Shown here piece after piece: positions 37,335 through 50,600 of a DNA stretch of 64,000 nucleotides (position 1 is the stretch's first letter; every line of letters begins with the position of its first letter). Origin of the DNA: Catajapyx aquilonaris (Eukaryota); the NCBI GenBank assembly GCA_000934665.2, contig KZ538595.1, positions 1-64,000 on the forward strand, read 5' to 3'. The position numbers and the translations under genes are program-made. Below the pieces are notes generated by a model that was not told where the DNA came from, ran no database searches, and saw only the letters and a program-made list of their open reading frames with translations.

Positions 37335-39344
37335 ATGGAGTCACTCGTGGTTATTGGTTGGCTATGCTGGGCAATTATGCGAATCACCACGTGTCAGACG
37401 CAATTTTTCGATCAGGACAATCCAGGTCTGGAAGACCAAGTTCATCTGGTGTCTTCGTTCGTGTACGGGCTGATGAGACATGTGCACCCACGATGCGTGC
37501 TGGTGATTGGGGCACAACACGACGTCGATGCGACCCTTTGGACTCCTCTCCTGCACCGGATGAGCGAAGAGTACCTGATGGCCGTCCAGGTGACGGGAAG
37601 GTCCCAAGGGGAGGACCCCCAACCAGAGGTGGAGATGGAGACATACTCGAAGGTCGGGTTGGGTCACTGCGTGGTTCACTTTCTGGTGGGCACCAACGAG
37701 GACCAGTTGGGACCAGTGTTGGTCCATCTGAGAAGGAAGGTCAAGGTGCAGCTGGACCAGGACCGATTTCTCATCTGGACAGTTGGTGGTGATGACCATG
37801 GCCTGAAGGACGTGCTTCTGACCCGGCGGGCAAAGGGGATAAAGTTCAAGCTGGGTCTGAGGGTGGTCACCTCCTCCTCCAACAATGGTTCTGATGCAGT
37901 CCAGCTGTCCACCGCCTGCTTCTTCTGCGACCAGGGAAGCCCAAGGGTCATCCGCCTGCCAGAGTTATACGACGGAAGAGACTCGTCGTACTTCCGTCGG
38001 AGGGGAGTCCAGCTGTTTCCGGACATGACCCGAGACCTGGGAGGGAAGACGCTGCGAGTGACCAACTTGAGGCCAACGGAATACGACCAAGTCAAGTCCG
38101 AGTACGACAGCGACGGGCGGCGGGGGATGTGCACCTGCCTGATGATGCTGTACTTGATCGCCCAGAAGATGCGATTCCGGTTCACCTCCGACCTTCTGCC
38201 TCCCGAGGAACTTCTGGAGGAGCGCCTCCCCAACGGCACCTTCATCGGCAGTGTGGACCACCTTCTGAAGGGCAAAGGCGACTTGGCTCTCTTGTCCCGC
38301 AGCTCCGAGGAGAGCCTCCCCTTCGTGGAATTCAGCACTCAGATGTACCACCTGTCCCTGCGATTCGTGACCAGGCAGCCGGACGCCGTCCCCTCCTGGG
38401 AGGCCATCCTGCGACCCTACACCTACGGGATGTGGTCGCTCATCCTCCTCTGCCACCTGGTCTCCTCCGTGGTCCTGGCTGCGATGCTGTGGACCACCAC
38501 CAGACGACCTGGCCAGCACACCACACCCAGCAGCAGATCAGACGCCGTGGTGCTGTTGAGTCACACCTCCGGGCAGTGCGCCCGAAGCATGATCGAGCAG
38601 AACTCGAGCCTTCCCTCGGAAGACGCCCCCCGCCTCTTCTTCGCCTTCTGGCTGTACTACGCCATGGTCATTGCCTGCGGCTACAGGGAGATGCTCATCT
38701 CCTTCCTGACCATACCAGTGCTCCAGCCCCTCCCTCGGTCCTTCTCCGACATCCCGTCGCTTCACTACCGCACTGCCTTCCCGTACATCCACGCCTTGGT
38801 CATGCAAGCCCCAGTGCAGATAGCGGGCATCCCTCTGTACCTGCAGATACTGTCTGAGAAGGAGCTGTACAGGGACGAGCGTGACTGCTTGGCTGCCTGT
38901 CTGGAAGGCAGCAGGAAGGTGGCCTGCATCGGAATCGCCCCTGTCCTGGAAGAATCGTTGGGCCTTTACGTGACCAGAAAAGGAAGGCCACTGCTGGTGG
39001 TGGCACCCGCCAGAGAGTTCGCAACTGGACATGGGTCTGCATTCAGGAAAGACGATGCAGTGATTCGGGGGACATACAGTGGAGCGGTCAACGGGCTGCA
39101 CCAGGGAGGACTGGTTGAGTACGCCCTCAAGTGCGTCGGAGAAACTTACTTTCGGACCGGGCTGAGGAATGCCAAAGAGAGCCGCGGATGGTGGTCGGAG
39201 GATGACGAGGAAGCGACAAGTCCTCTGTCGGTGTCCAACTTGCAGAGCGCTTTCCTGCTCTTGGTGGTCGGGTGGGCCATTAGCACTGTGGCTTATCTGG
39301 TCGCCATTCTGGCTCAGAGGAGGAGGCACCCACATCTGGCATGA
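37335..39344 (+). CDS. Divergent ionotropic receptor copy 6, intronless
   Basis: 669-aa ORF with signal peptide and IR motifs (NGTFIGSVDHLLKGKGDLA, RPYTYGMW, YYAMVIACGYREML, PLSVSNLQSAFLLL). Confidence 0.85.
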   Translation: MESLVVIGWLCWAIMRITTCQTQFFDQDNPGLEDQVHLVSSFVYGLMRHVHPRCVLVIGAQHDVDATLWTPLLHRMSEEYLMAVQVTGRSQGEDPQPEVEMETYSKVGLGHCVVHFLVGTNEDQLGPVLVHLRRKVKVQLDQDRFLIWTVGGDDHGLKDVLLTRRAKGIKFKLGLRVVTSSSNNGSDAVQLSTACFFCDQGSPRVIRLPELYDGRDSSYFRRRGVQLFPDMTRDLGGKTLRVTNLRPTEYDQVKSEYDSDGRRGMCTCLMMLYLIAQKMRFRFTSDLLPPEELLEERLPNGTFIGSVDHLLKGKGDLALLSRSSEESLPFVEFSTQMYHLSLRFVTRQPDAVPSWEAILRPYTYGMWSLILLCHLVSSVVLAAMLWTTTRRPGQHTTPSSRSDAVVLLSHTSGQCARSMIEQNSSLPSEDAPRLFFAFWLYYAMVIACGYREMLISFLTIPVLQPLPRSFSDIPSLHYRTAFPYIHALVMQAPVQIAGIPLYLQILSEKELYRDERDCLAACLEGSRKVACIGIAPVLEESLGLYVTRKGRPLLVVAPAREFATGHGSAFRKDDAVIRGTYSGAVNGLHQGGLVEYALKCVGETYFRTGLRNAKESRGWWSEDDEEATSPLSVSNLQSAFLLLVVGWAISTVAYLVAILAQRRRHPHLA

Positions 39345-40028
39345 GTTGTTGTCGTTGGTTCATTGGGGTCACGCATTCTGACTGCAAAGAACCTTATCAC
39401 ATCAGCACTCGTATAGTAATCATGAGCATGCCATTGTCCTATTCACTTGCAGAGTTGCTGCACAGGTCAATTACACGTAGGCAGCGAACCAAATTCCCCC
39501 CCAGAATTTGGTTACCTTGTAACAAGCTGTCAGAACATTGCCTCTAACATTAGATTAATTTTGTTTCTTGAGCAGCTTGTTGCACCAGCTTAAATACTAG
39601 TTATTTAAAAAAAATATAGTACTGCACAGAAATTCCTGGCTTGATGGTTAATTATAAATGATTAGGATGAGAGAGCATTATTTTAAAAAAATGAAAACCC
39701 CAAAACCACCAAAATTGGTCTTGGTGTGTTTCACTTGTACGCAGGCGATAAACAGTAATACGGAGTATCATTTGTGATACCAATATCTCCATAAAAGTTG
39801 TAACAGGTTGTAACGCTGGGCTGAACATTATCTTTTCCAGCACATATTGTCAAACTACACCATGCAGTGCAATAAGGTGGCAGTATTTTCTCAGAATGGA
39901 ACTATTACGTCAAACACATTTCATTGCATTATGATTTGAATGTCTTCACCCTTGTTGCATTGCATTATAGCCTGGAAATAAACCAACTGTTATCCAAACA
40001 CTATGATGAGAGGTCCTTTCTTTTTAAA

Positions 40029-40760
40029 AATGCGCTCCCTCCTTTATTTGTGTTCCCCAGAGTACATTTCAAGGCGCACATGTTGAAAGGCGCTAGGTTC
40101 TGTAGGGTCTGCTAGCAAAAGTGGATGGATGACAGCAGAAATATTTGCTATCTTCCTTAAGCACTTCATATTGTAAAGTGCACCAAGGAGAATAGAGTGT
40201 TGCTCTTGATGGACAACCGCAAGACCCATATAAATCCATTGATGCCATTCAGCTTGCATATGACCATGGTGTTACACTCCTCACATTCCCACCTCTTTGT
40301 AGCCACATGATTGTTGCAGCCTCTTGAGCGTACTGTATACGTATCCTTTAAGCACTTTTACAACCATGCGTCTGGTTCATGGATGCTTGGCCACCCAGGT
40401 GCAGGGATCACCATTTATGACATTGCTGAGTTGGTGGGGACCTCATTTTCAAGAGCTTTCACCCAGTCTGTGAACATTCAGTCTGGTTTCCGCATTAGTG
40501 GTACATCACCATTTGACAGGAACATTTCTACTGACGAAGAATTTCTCTCGGCGTGTCCCACTGATCTGGAAGACCCCAATAACTCATGGGCCACACAACC
40601 CGACAAATCCCATGATTGTCCTAGCACCTCACAACAACCAGTTTTCCCAGAGTTTTCCAAGTTAGTGCCCGTCAAAATTTTTCTAAAAGCTCCTCCATGG
40701 AAAGGGTCTCGGGGTAGAAAAAAATGGCAAAACTGATATTTCGACAAACAGTCCTCCAAA
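40029..40760 (+). mobile_element. Decayed pogo/Tigger-type (DDE_1) transposase fragment
   Basis: Frameshifted segments NALPPLFVFPRVHFKAHMLKGA, SGWMTAEIFAIFLKHFI, VLLLMDNRKTHI, GVTLLTFPPLCSH, LQPLE..HPG..ITIYDI..NIQSGF..G..PF are characteristic of DDE_1 transposases. Confidence 0.8.
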
Positions 40761-41256
40761 TGAACAGCTGTGAGAGAATGTGAGGCAATGATAATAATAA
40801 ACTTCTTGTGTCCCAATCATTTCCAGACCACTGTGCCCCGGGTATCGGGGCACAGTGGTCCATTTGCATGGAGCAGCTTCTAGATTTTTTAAAGCCAAAG
40901 GGATGGCACTGTCTGTGAATATGCTAGTCACTTATATTACCAACGAGTACCTCCACCATGCCAGAAAATATAAGGGTGTGTAAGTATAACAAGAACTCTT
41001 ATAAAAATTCAAACCCTGTGCCCCGGTCACCCTTACTTACTTTTGAAATGTGTCCAAGGGATAACATCCAATCTCTATCATTGTCATCTTTATGACTTCT
41101 TTCGTGAAGTGGTTGGAAATGCTTCTCTGACGTGCACAGCCAGCAAGAGCTCATATTTTGTGGTCACTCCAAAATGCCAATATTACATTAATTTTCCATT
41201 TTAATTTCTAAGCACATTCACACCACCCTTTCAGCACTTCCAACCTCAGATAGCCC

Positions 41257-42376
41257 TCAGTCATCAAGCAGTTTGGTGTCCTTCCCCAACCTGAAATCAG
41301 CAGCCTGTGTAAGTACAGATGCCTTTGTGCATGCACCACCCGAGATGGACAGATGGCCTACCTAGATTCCGTCTGCCTCAGAGACTTCAACACAGGCATC
41401 TTGCGGACATTCTCACTAGTCAGCAGGTGCCACTTAATTCCCGTGGGTTTCGGTAGGCGAGACTGGACCTCAATTGTGGTTGTGGGGGTGACTATCAAGT
41501 CAACTGGTAAGTCGTGCTCTTCAAATATCTCTTCTGGCAGTTTACTGTATACCTGAAAAAAAGGCACACACTCGTGTACAGTAGACCTAGAGTTGGCTTG
41601 CAAACTGCGACAAAGTGTACCTGGCAATCATGGACGGTGGTAACAACTGGCGTGTCCTGGTTGATGGCTCCAATTGTCCTGAGAATGGCATACCCCAAGT
41701 CAGCAAATCCAGCTCCCTTTCCAACCCTGCGTCCGTGGACGTCCACTGCAACAGATCCGATGACGAGGAGGTCTATCTTGAGGCCAGATCCAAGTCCCCT
41801 GGGCACTCCGTACTTGGCCAGCCCTTCCCTGGTGGCACACACTCGCATCTGGGCCACGCTTCCAGGGGGAGGAAGAACCAGCTCGTTCAGGAGGCCACTG
41901 GAAATGCGTGGGGTTGTAACCAGAAGCTTCTTGCCCTCCTATACAGCAGTCCATGACAATAAAGGGCGCTCATGAAGGAATTGTTTCACGGGTTGGGTAC
42001 ACTCTCTCGCATTATACCTGCATGGTCCTGAACCTGACTTGCTGCTGCGGCTTGTCTGGAGCGACCTTGACCACCCTGGCAGTGCGGAAGGTGCGGGTGG
42101 CGGCCAGCCTGTCCCCTGCCGCCTCCGCCCCGACAAAGTTGGGTATCCTGTGGTGCACGGGTCGTGGGAACTGGGCCAGGTTGGTGCTCTCCAGGTAGTC
42201 CCACACCCCTCGCCTCACGCTCTCCTTCGTCCTCGCCGGCGACACTGCAGCTGCCCTTGCCCAAACGCACAATAATGAATGAATGGAATGAAACAAGTGG
42301 CCAGCCCTATATGCTGTCCAAATAAGAACCCAATAAGGCGAGAATAAGAAGGCTCACCCAGTGGAACGGTGTCCAT
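41257..42376 (-). CDS. MTHFSD: Methenyltetrahydrofolate synthase domain-containing protein
   Basis: VWDYLE..FPRPVHHRIPNFVGA, VKVAPDKPQ, IDLLVIGSVAV..GRRVGKGAGFADL, TPVVTTVHDCQ, EHDLPVDLIVTP. Five predicted exons ending RLGKDTKLLDD*. Confidence 0.9.
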
Positions 42377-44628
42377 GGCTCCAGACAGGGCCTGTCGAAG
42401 CAACACTCTTCCTTCCACTACATGTGCAATGGAGGCCAGGCCGATGGAGGGCGCATTCAGACGGCCGATTACTAAACAAACACCATGGTGACGTCACAAC
42501 AAGGGCGCGGCCATCCAAACGCACCCTCCCTGCAGAGGCGCCTTTTTACAAATCGCCTGGAAGACGATGCATGAAAATAAGTGCGGCATTTAATTACAAT
42601 TTACATTAACTTACCAGGAAAAACCTGGCAGGCCAAACTACTGAAACAATTATTAGGGCTACGGCAAGCTGCATCTGCATGTTAATAATGGTCTTAAATA
42701 TGGTTAAAACATGCACATTTATTAGGTGGCATTATATATTCACTGATGAAAATAATACGGAGATAGCATACTACAAGGTATATTTCCCAACGCTGTTCAG
42801 CATACAACGCTTCTCATAAAACATAACAACATAGTGCAGGTTTGATGTATAGAAAAATGTCACAACCCCCAATTTATTATCGGAATGGATGCAACCACTC
42901 TTGATGCAACTCTTTCCTGCATTTCACATGCCAATAGCACAAACTTCTTATGGCAATGGTGCGTTGGCCCACATTACAGATACACACACAGTGGAACCTG
43001 TCTACATTATCAGCACTTGCTGTTCTGTGACAATTATCTGTACTGAACAAGCAACCTCCTCACATACTAAAAAAACTGGATGAAACAAAATTTCCGAATT
43101 TTACAAAGCCTCCTAAACTTCAGGGTCAGTTATTACACAGAAGTGTGAAAGGTGCAATAATTAATTATCAAAATACACTTGCATGTTGGTTACAAGACAT
43201 AGTTGAACAGATACGTACATAAGGCGAGAGAGGAAAACACAATATAACAATGGTAGAGCACATTATTCTGAACAAAACGTCATCTGGATTTTCGTGCAGG
43301 AATTTAGCACGAGGTCCTTCAGCCCTCCAAAGATCAAGTGCAGTCATATTTCATGAGGTTCTTGAGCAGTGATTTGCCAAAACAGTGAAAATTGCACTTG
43401 TAGAGATGGGACGATTCATCTCTCCCTAGGTGGACTTTTGTAAGGTTGTAACTTGAACTGTACAGTTGTTGGACATTAATCGCGTTATTCTGCTAGCGAC
43501 ATTTTCCGAAGCGGCAGAAGAAGGAATCTTGCTCACACAGCTTGCACTATCCATTGCTTCGATTAGTTCTTCTGCCGCTTTGGAAAATGTCGCTGGCAGT
43601 TGCCTCGATATATATGACCAACACTGTACAAGCAGCATCACTTAGCTATCTAATTATCATTACTCTCTCTCAGAAACTGCACATGTGACTCAGTGTCAGC
43701 GGGTTAGTTTTAACTCTTCAAGAACCATGCCATCCAATCAGCAATTACAATTTTACAATTGCTGAGCAGTAAATTGCATGATCTAGGAAAGGAAATGAAG
43801 AGCTTGAACACACCCAGTTCGAAACAGACTATGAAGGACTGTGTAGTTTTCATATCAACATGATGCAGATTAGTCTGTCGAGAGAAACCACCCTAGCTCG
43901 ATTCCATCATGTGACAGGATTGCTCACAGCAATACAATGATCCACTCTTTTACATTTACATATAAGTTGGAAAGTTGCAAATAGCTGAGTTACATAAATT
44001 AATAGTAATCAACCACAGCATGGACCCTTCTGCTCTACATTCTAGCATAAATGGAGTACATACTCGTATCAAGGCACATTTTGCTTCAAACTAATGGGTC
44101 AAGTAATCATTGGGCATTGCAGTGGTACAAGTTCCTGCTCACAAAAATTACAATTATGAATTGTGCCCTCTATTTAAAAAGCTCAAGACCCTCAGGAATA
44201 TATGTTTTTAAAATTGAAACAGCATGCCAGCAAATTTCACCACACATATTTTGAATAGTGTCCTCTACACATAGCAACATATTAAAGCGACATCAAGCCC
44301 ATGATATCACCTCTTCAAGTATTATTTATTGACACCAAAGATTGATAAGAAACCACAAAGAAAAAAATGTGTTGTTGTCGTTGTTGTTTTGCAAAAATAA
44401 CATGAATTATGAACAAACCTCATCCATAGAATGAAAAATCATTATTATCAGCACCATCAAATTTAAGACCAACCCACTTTTTATGATGTCCCTTGCCCTT
44501 GCCCACTGTCTTAAAAAATAAGAGAAACTACTGTTGACACTTTCTCCAGTGCCGAATACGATTTCATAATATATTTTGAAAATCATGGTTGAACGCATGA
44601 AGACACCTCCAGATCAAAGCAAGGTTGT

Positions 44629-47600
44629 TCATGGCTTCAGTTTGATGACATACTCTGGGTAAAATGTATCATCATAAAACTTGACAAAAACCTTGGGGGT
44701 TTGAGGGTAGTCCACAGTTGTGTCATACTGGTGCCCAGTCAACTTGTTATCTGGAGGTTTCTTCATGTCCAGAGTGCCCTGAATTTTTTCCCCAATCAGA
44801 ACTTTGCACTGGAGAACTACTCTTGGGTTGTCCATACCTGGACAGCAACCCTCAGCATACTTGGGGCTTGCAGAAAAATACATTCCATACCCGTACATTG
44901 ACAGACCTGGTGTTAATTCACACAGGTTGTGAGAAACAACTGCAGGCAAATGCTGCAGAGATGCACCATGGTAAAGGGAAAGCTCATCCAATTTGAATAA
45001 ACGCCGCTTTCGCTCATACTGATGCAACGTTTCTTCGTTTTGGATGCGTGATATGGATTCGATGGGTTCATCTTCAAACTTGGATGCCACCTCTTTGTAC
45101 TCTGATGAGTTTGAATTGAGTGGTATCAACTGCAAACCTCCATCCGTATCTTTCCAGTGGCTGGGACGACGAACTTCTTGTTTTGGGCCACTTGTGCCCA
45201 CCTCAGTGCGCCGCACATCCCGAACCTGACGTGTAGCCATGTCAGTTTCCTTCAATTTAGTAAAATCAATAATGCTTCCAGATTCACCCCCTTCGTGGTG
45301 CATCATGCCTACAAGAAAAAAGAGAAACTTGCAAATATTATAAATGTGCATAAACAAAAGGGAAGGATGTGACCATGCCAGACGTAATAGAGATGATAAT
45401 ATGTCAGCTAAAATTGGCCATAGCAGGAAGTAAGTCATGCCCCTCCAGTGTATACCTCATCAGGTAAAATAATATTAAAGCTGGAAACATCAACCTTTAC
45501 ACAAAATAATCCCTCCCCAATTAAGGGTGCTGCTAATTACCAGTACAATTTAAAATACATGCCTGAAGGGTGTTTTACAAAATCCTTCTCAATCTTCTCA
45601 GAGTCGGTGAACTCGACCCAACGAGAACCATCTTTAAATTCCCACTGCACTCGAGTGGAAGGCAGAGGACGCCTCCTGACTGCAACACTCCCAAGCAGGT
45701 CACCAGAGGTCACCTGATCCATCATGTTGAGATAGACAACGCGATCAGGATAGTCCAGGTGCACTTGCCCGGCAGGATCCTTCTTGAATGCAGCTTCCAG
45801 TTTGCATCCATCACGCGGAGGATACATCTCCCACTCGTCATTGTTGGAGCTGGAGTGGTACCAGCGCCAGTTTGAGGGATGGGCTGAGGTCAAGCGACGC
45901 AGCTTCAGTTCGGGCTGGTCAGGTGACCTCAACACCATTTTCCCATAATCTGCTTCCCACTCAAAATTCTTAAGGAGGCTTTTCAGTGGGTCGATCTGCA
46001 TGCAGGAAAGTAATCAATTTTAGACAAACAGTATTTGATTTGATACAAATTGGGCTTTTTGTCTGTAAATCAGAGCGCTACAATAAACATAAATTCGTAT
46101 TACGTGAACTTACATTAGGAGTGGCATGGACCAATGGAGGCAGCTTCTGCATATTAACAGACACTTGCGTAAAGTGATGCTCCATGTGCGAGTCCTGATG
46201 ATCCTTTAGGTTGACCCAAAGTGACCCATCTTGGCTTGCTTGCCACAGGTAGGGTCGACTGCAGTGCACCATGGAACAGGATGCCTCTGGACAGACGCCC
46301 TCACTCTGAAAGCTGTGGCAGAGTACGGCCTGCTCTGATGGATACGGAGGGGGTAACTTGGAAAGATCCATTGCGTCATCCACAAGGGCCTCCAAAGGCA
46401 GCTCCATGCAGCTGAAGTGGGCAACGCCCTTCTTGCTCTCAACAAACACCAGCATCCAGGAGTGGTCATCACTACCAGATGACCGTGGGGTTTCTGTAGC
46501 TGAAATAAACACCATCAACATGTCAGTAGGGCAGGACGCACATGGAGAGCACAGTGCAGCCAAAAAGCAATGATAGTTTTCTTTGGTGCCGCAAAGAAAC
46601 ATGCATCTCATTCCCTGACTCCAGGGCCCTCTTCTCATTTAAATCAATTATGGACTGGCAAAGGTTATTGAAAATGCAGTAGGTCACCTGCTCGGATTGT
46701 ACTTATGATCCTGTCCGTACCAGAATTTTCATCCGGCCTGGCACGTTCCTTCCGGCCAGGCTTATTTTTCTTCTTTCTCTGGCGTTTTTCTTTCTTAGTG
46801 GTGCTCGTGGTGCTGGTCTCTGATTCTTCACTTTGGTCTGACGACCCGTCCCCATTTTTGCCAAGCTCCTCTGCAGCTGTGGATGCGGGTTGAGCCTCAG
46901 CAGTTGGCACAGAGCTCACAGGAGTAGTTGGAACCTGCAACTGACAGAAGTGACTCACAGGTCACTACTAAAAAGAAATACTGGCAGCTACTTACATTTA
47001 GTGCTATCATATATAGTAATACAACATAAAAAATAAGTAGTGTGTAATATGCTAACGATAATAATCAACTGACTGCTCAATTCATCTCTACCCACAGTTT
47101 GGAATGTTAATAAAACAATTACAAATTACTGGTACAACTGGCTAACCACAAAATTGTAAAACTGCCAAAAATGTGCAATTCTTATTAGCAGGTATTGCAT
47201 TAGCCCAACACCATAGATTTTAACCTGTAATCTGTGGTGCAGCTGTCTCTAAGGATTATTCTGACTTACATCAAATTCATTGTGACGCAGTTTGCACTCC
47301 CAGTCGCGGCACTTGCGCTCCTTCCATGCAGGGCACACCACCGTAGCAGTCCTGGCCGGTGCGTAATGGCGGTACAGGCACTTATCAAAAGGCTGAAATC
47401 ACACTGTCATTAGTGAGTTGCAAGAATCTGCACAGACTATCTCAAGTGAGTACGCTGTAACAATGACCTGAATGACTGAATGGATGCTCTCGCACACAAT
47501 ACGCTTTCTTTGCCCATGCTGCTGCATTATAACATTGCATGAGGTAAGGCACACTGTTTATAAATATCACAATTAAAACCAGAGGTCCATCATTTGAATC

Positions 47601-50600
47601 TGATTGTCAGTGCATATTATTTGCGTACCAATTTTACAGTTCTGCTACATCAATTTCACGACCTTCTAAAGTGCAGGATTCAAAACTGTCACTGCCTCAG
47701 AATCGCAAATCTTGACGTGCGAATCTGAATCAGTTGCCTGCATTCAATAAAGAACACGATTATTCAATTTACCGTAATTAACAAGTAAAAAGTGATGTGG
47801 CAATGTATGCTAAGGTTTATCAGCTTGTTTGTGAATCTCGATGATAGCAAGTCTGCTAACCTGCACAGAGCTGTGGCTTTAAAAGTGCGAATAGGTTTCA
47901 AGTATGTGAAAAAATACTTCTCCTGTAAGCAATATCTATCTACTGGTACAAAGTGCAAATGAAATTGGTATGCAGCTGCACAGTTGCATGGAGTAGTGCA
48001 TATGGAGTGGGGAATCCCCTTACACATATCACACCCTTTCACAGTGCAGTTATCAGCTTTCACCCTCTTTCATTCTCAAACCATTCCGCTCAATCAGAGG
48101 GTCTTCCATTATATAACAATCCATTTGTCACTTGGCTTTGCACCAATTTCAAATTCACAGGAGGGAACGTCAATTCAAAGTGTAATATTCTACTCTGAAA
48201 AGTGCGTGTGGAAGTTCTAATGTTGCGATACTGAATTGTGAATAAAATCTCATGAATGCACTGACCTTAAAGCACCTGCCAATCATAAACCACTTGCAGT
48301 CGCTAATGCTCTTCTTAAGTGTCACAGTTGTGCCGTCATCAGGGGCACCCTTATTGCTGGAGGCCTCTGCACCTCTGGGCCCTCCCTTATCGGCGTCTCT
48401 GCCTTCTCCTTGGTCCCCACCGGCACCTTCCCTCTTGGCTGGCCTGCTTCCCCTGGCGTCACCTTGCATCGCGTCTCTTTCTGCCAGCCTCTTTCCAAGC
48501 TCAATCAGCTGCCTGGCGGAGATGGTGTTGTCCTGCACTTCTTGAGACAATGGCCTTCCTTGCCGAGGCATGTTTCCACCTCTGCCACCCCTCTGAGGCC
48601 TTCCTTGCCCTTTCTTCCCCTTGTTAGTGGCAACCTCATCACTCTCTCCAGAGTCATCCTCACCACTGCTTTCCTGCTCCTTCTTTGCTGACTTGCGGGG
48701 CCCTTTCTTTGCTTGAAACCCGGTAGCAAATTTCTCATGCCTCACAGACTGTTCATATGATGGGGGATTTTCTGGGTGGGGTTGGGGGTTCATGGGATGT
48801 GGTTGTGGAGGATGCCCAGGGTGCGGGCCAGTTGGATAAGCCTGCTGGGGGTGGGGCTGCTGTGGGTAGGAGTAGGGTTGGCCAGGGGGGTAGTAAGGGG
48901 CAGCGTATTGGGGTGGTGGAGGAGGAGGAGCAGCAGGTGGGTAGTGCTGAGGAGGAGGTGCGTATCCATGATGTGGAGGATACGCCGAGTAAGGAGGAAG
49001 GGGGGAAGGCTGGTACGGGCCTTGATGGCTGCCGCGACCTGAGTCATCCCCGTGGTGGTGGTGGTGACTGAAAGATAAGCCACAGCGAATATTAAAATCA
49101 GCATCAGAACCCCCTCGCATTAGGTTGAAACTGAAGCTTAGTAAGACAACAGTTTAATGGCCAATCCATTTCCAAAACTCGGCCACCTCAATAGGCATGA
49201 ACACTGAATGAATACTGTTTCACATCCACGTATAAATTCATGCAATATGATGTAAATAAGCCTGCTTCAAGCTCAGACTTTGCACTGACGAGGCAGCTGG
49301 ATTCCAGCCCAGAGCACATCAGCAGTACTGACTAGAAGGATCTGAACCGTTAAAATACATGCAGATATTCTGATAACAAATGCATCATATGGGGAATGTC
49401 TTCATTTTTAAAATTAAAATCGGCACACCAGAGATTAATGAGTAGTTACAAATAAGTAAATTACGAGGATTTTTCTAAACTGACGCAGAAACTCCGACCA
49501 CTTGAATCGCGACAAAATCAACATTTTCAAAAATTTCTCTTGAACCCAATTTTGGTCCAAAAAATTTGGAAAATAAAAATTTGATGTCACCTCATACGTA
49601 GCTGCTCATGTTAAAATTTTGAAAAACATCTGAGATGTGAGAGCACATGGCACCAGGTGATCTGGCGTGGAATGACCCATGGCTGATATATGCAGAGCTT
49701 GCAGCATTAGCCAATGCGTGACATTGATAGGATTTGTCTGCTCTGTGCCAAACACTGACTAACTTCTCCTTCTTCGTGCATGCAGGGAAAAAGTAGCTGG
49801 CACCTTTGTGCTGGTGCTGTACAGTACGACTGACACTGCATAAGCGGGCAATCAGATTGAAAATTATGAGTCCCGCACGAGTGCTCAAATACATTCCTCT
49901 CCACAACTGTCCACAATAAACAGCATTCCAAACTGTGGTAAATTAATAATGTCACTTTTCTAATTTTCATTTGATGATTCCCCCTCGTATGTTGGCAACT
50001 TGAATAACCATCGTAGGCATAGGGGTGGGGGTCAACTGACCATCACAGCGCATTCTGGCATTGAAAAGGCATTTCCTTGGGAATTTTCCTTATTGCCAAT
50101 AAAATATTATGTAACCATATTATTTTTAAACTGATTTGAATCCCCGTTAGTAAAGTTGTAATTAGAAAATCACGAAGAAGAGGGAATTTTTCTGAACATT
50201 CGGCAACTATGCACAGGGCCAAAAGAAAGCTGGGATTTTGCTGGAGGGCTTCCTGCCAGTACCATTATCAGTTCTGGCATCGTCTATAATCCTGTCTGGT
50301 ATGCAGACTCTGTAGGTATGAAACCGTGAATAACAACAATGTCAACACAATAATGGACATTTCCAGGCATCCAAACCATCTTCTCTAAAAACTATATAAA
50401 ACCAGTGTAATACACAGTGACGGACTGAACAATAACATTGCGAATTATGTTATTCTTTAAATATAAAAAAATGATTATCCTGCAATGTAGATTTTGCAAG
50501 AAATGAAACGTGGAGTCAGCTGGGCATGGTCACCTCCACAGGGCATCACTTTGGACACTTACACTTTCACGTTCACATACCGCACCGATGTTCCTCCTCC

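Noticed and set aside
23379..39335. Long antisense and alternate-frame ORFs over the IR genes (e.g. 25289-26863 minus 524 aa, 25459-26832 plus 457 aa)
   Set aside because: Expected from high third-position GC and codon bias; low-information sequence and endpoints not conserved among paralogs.
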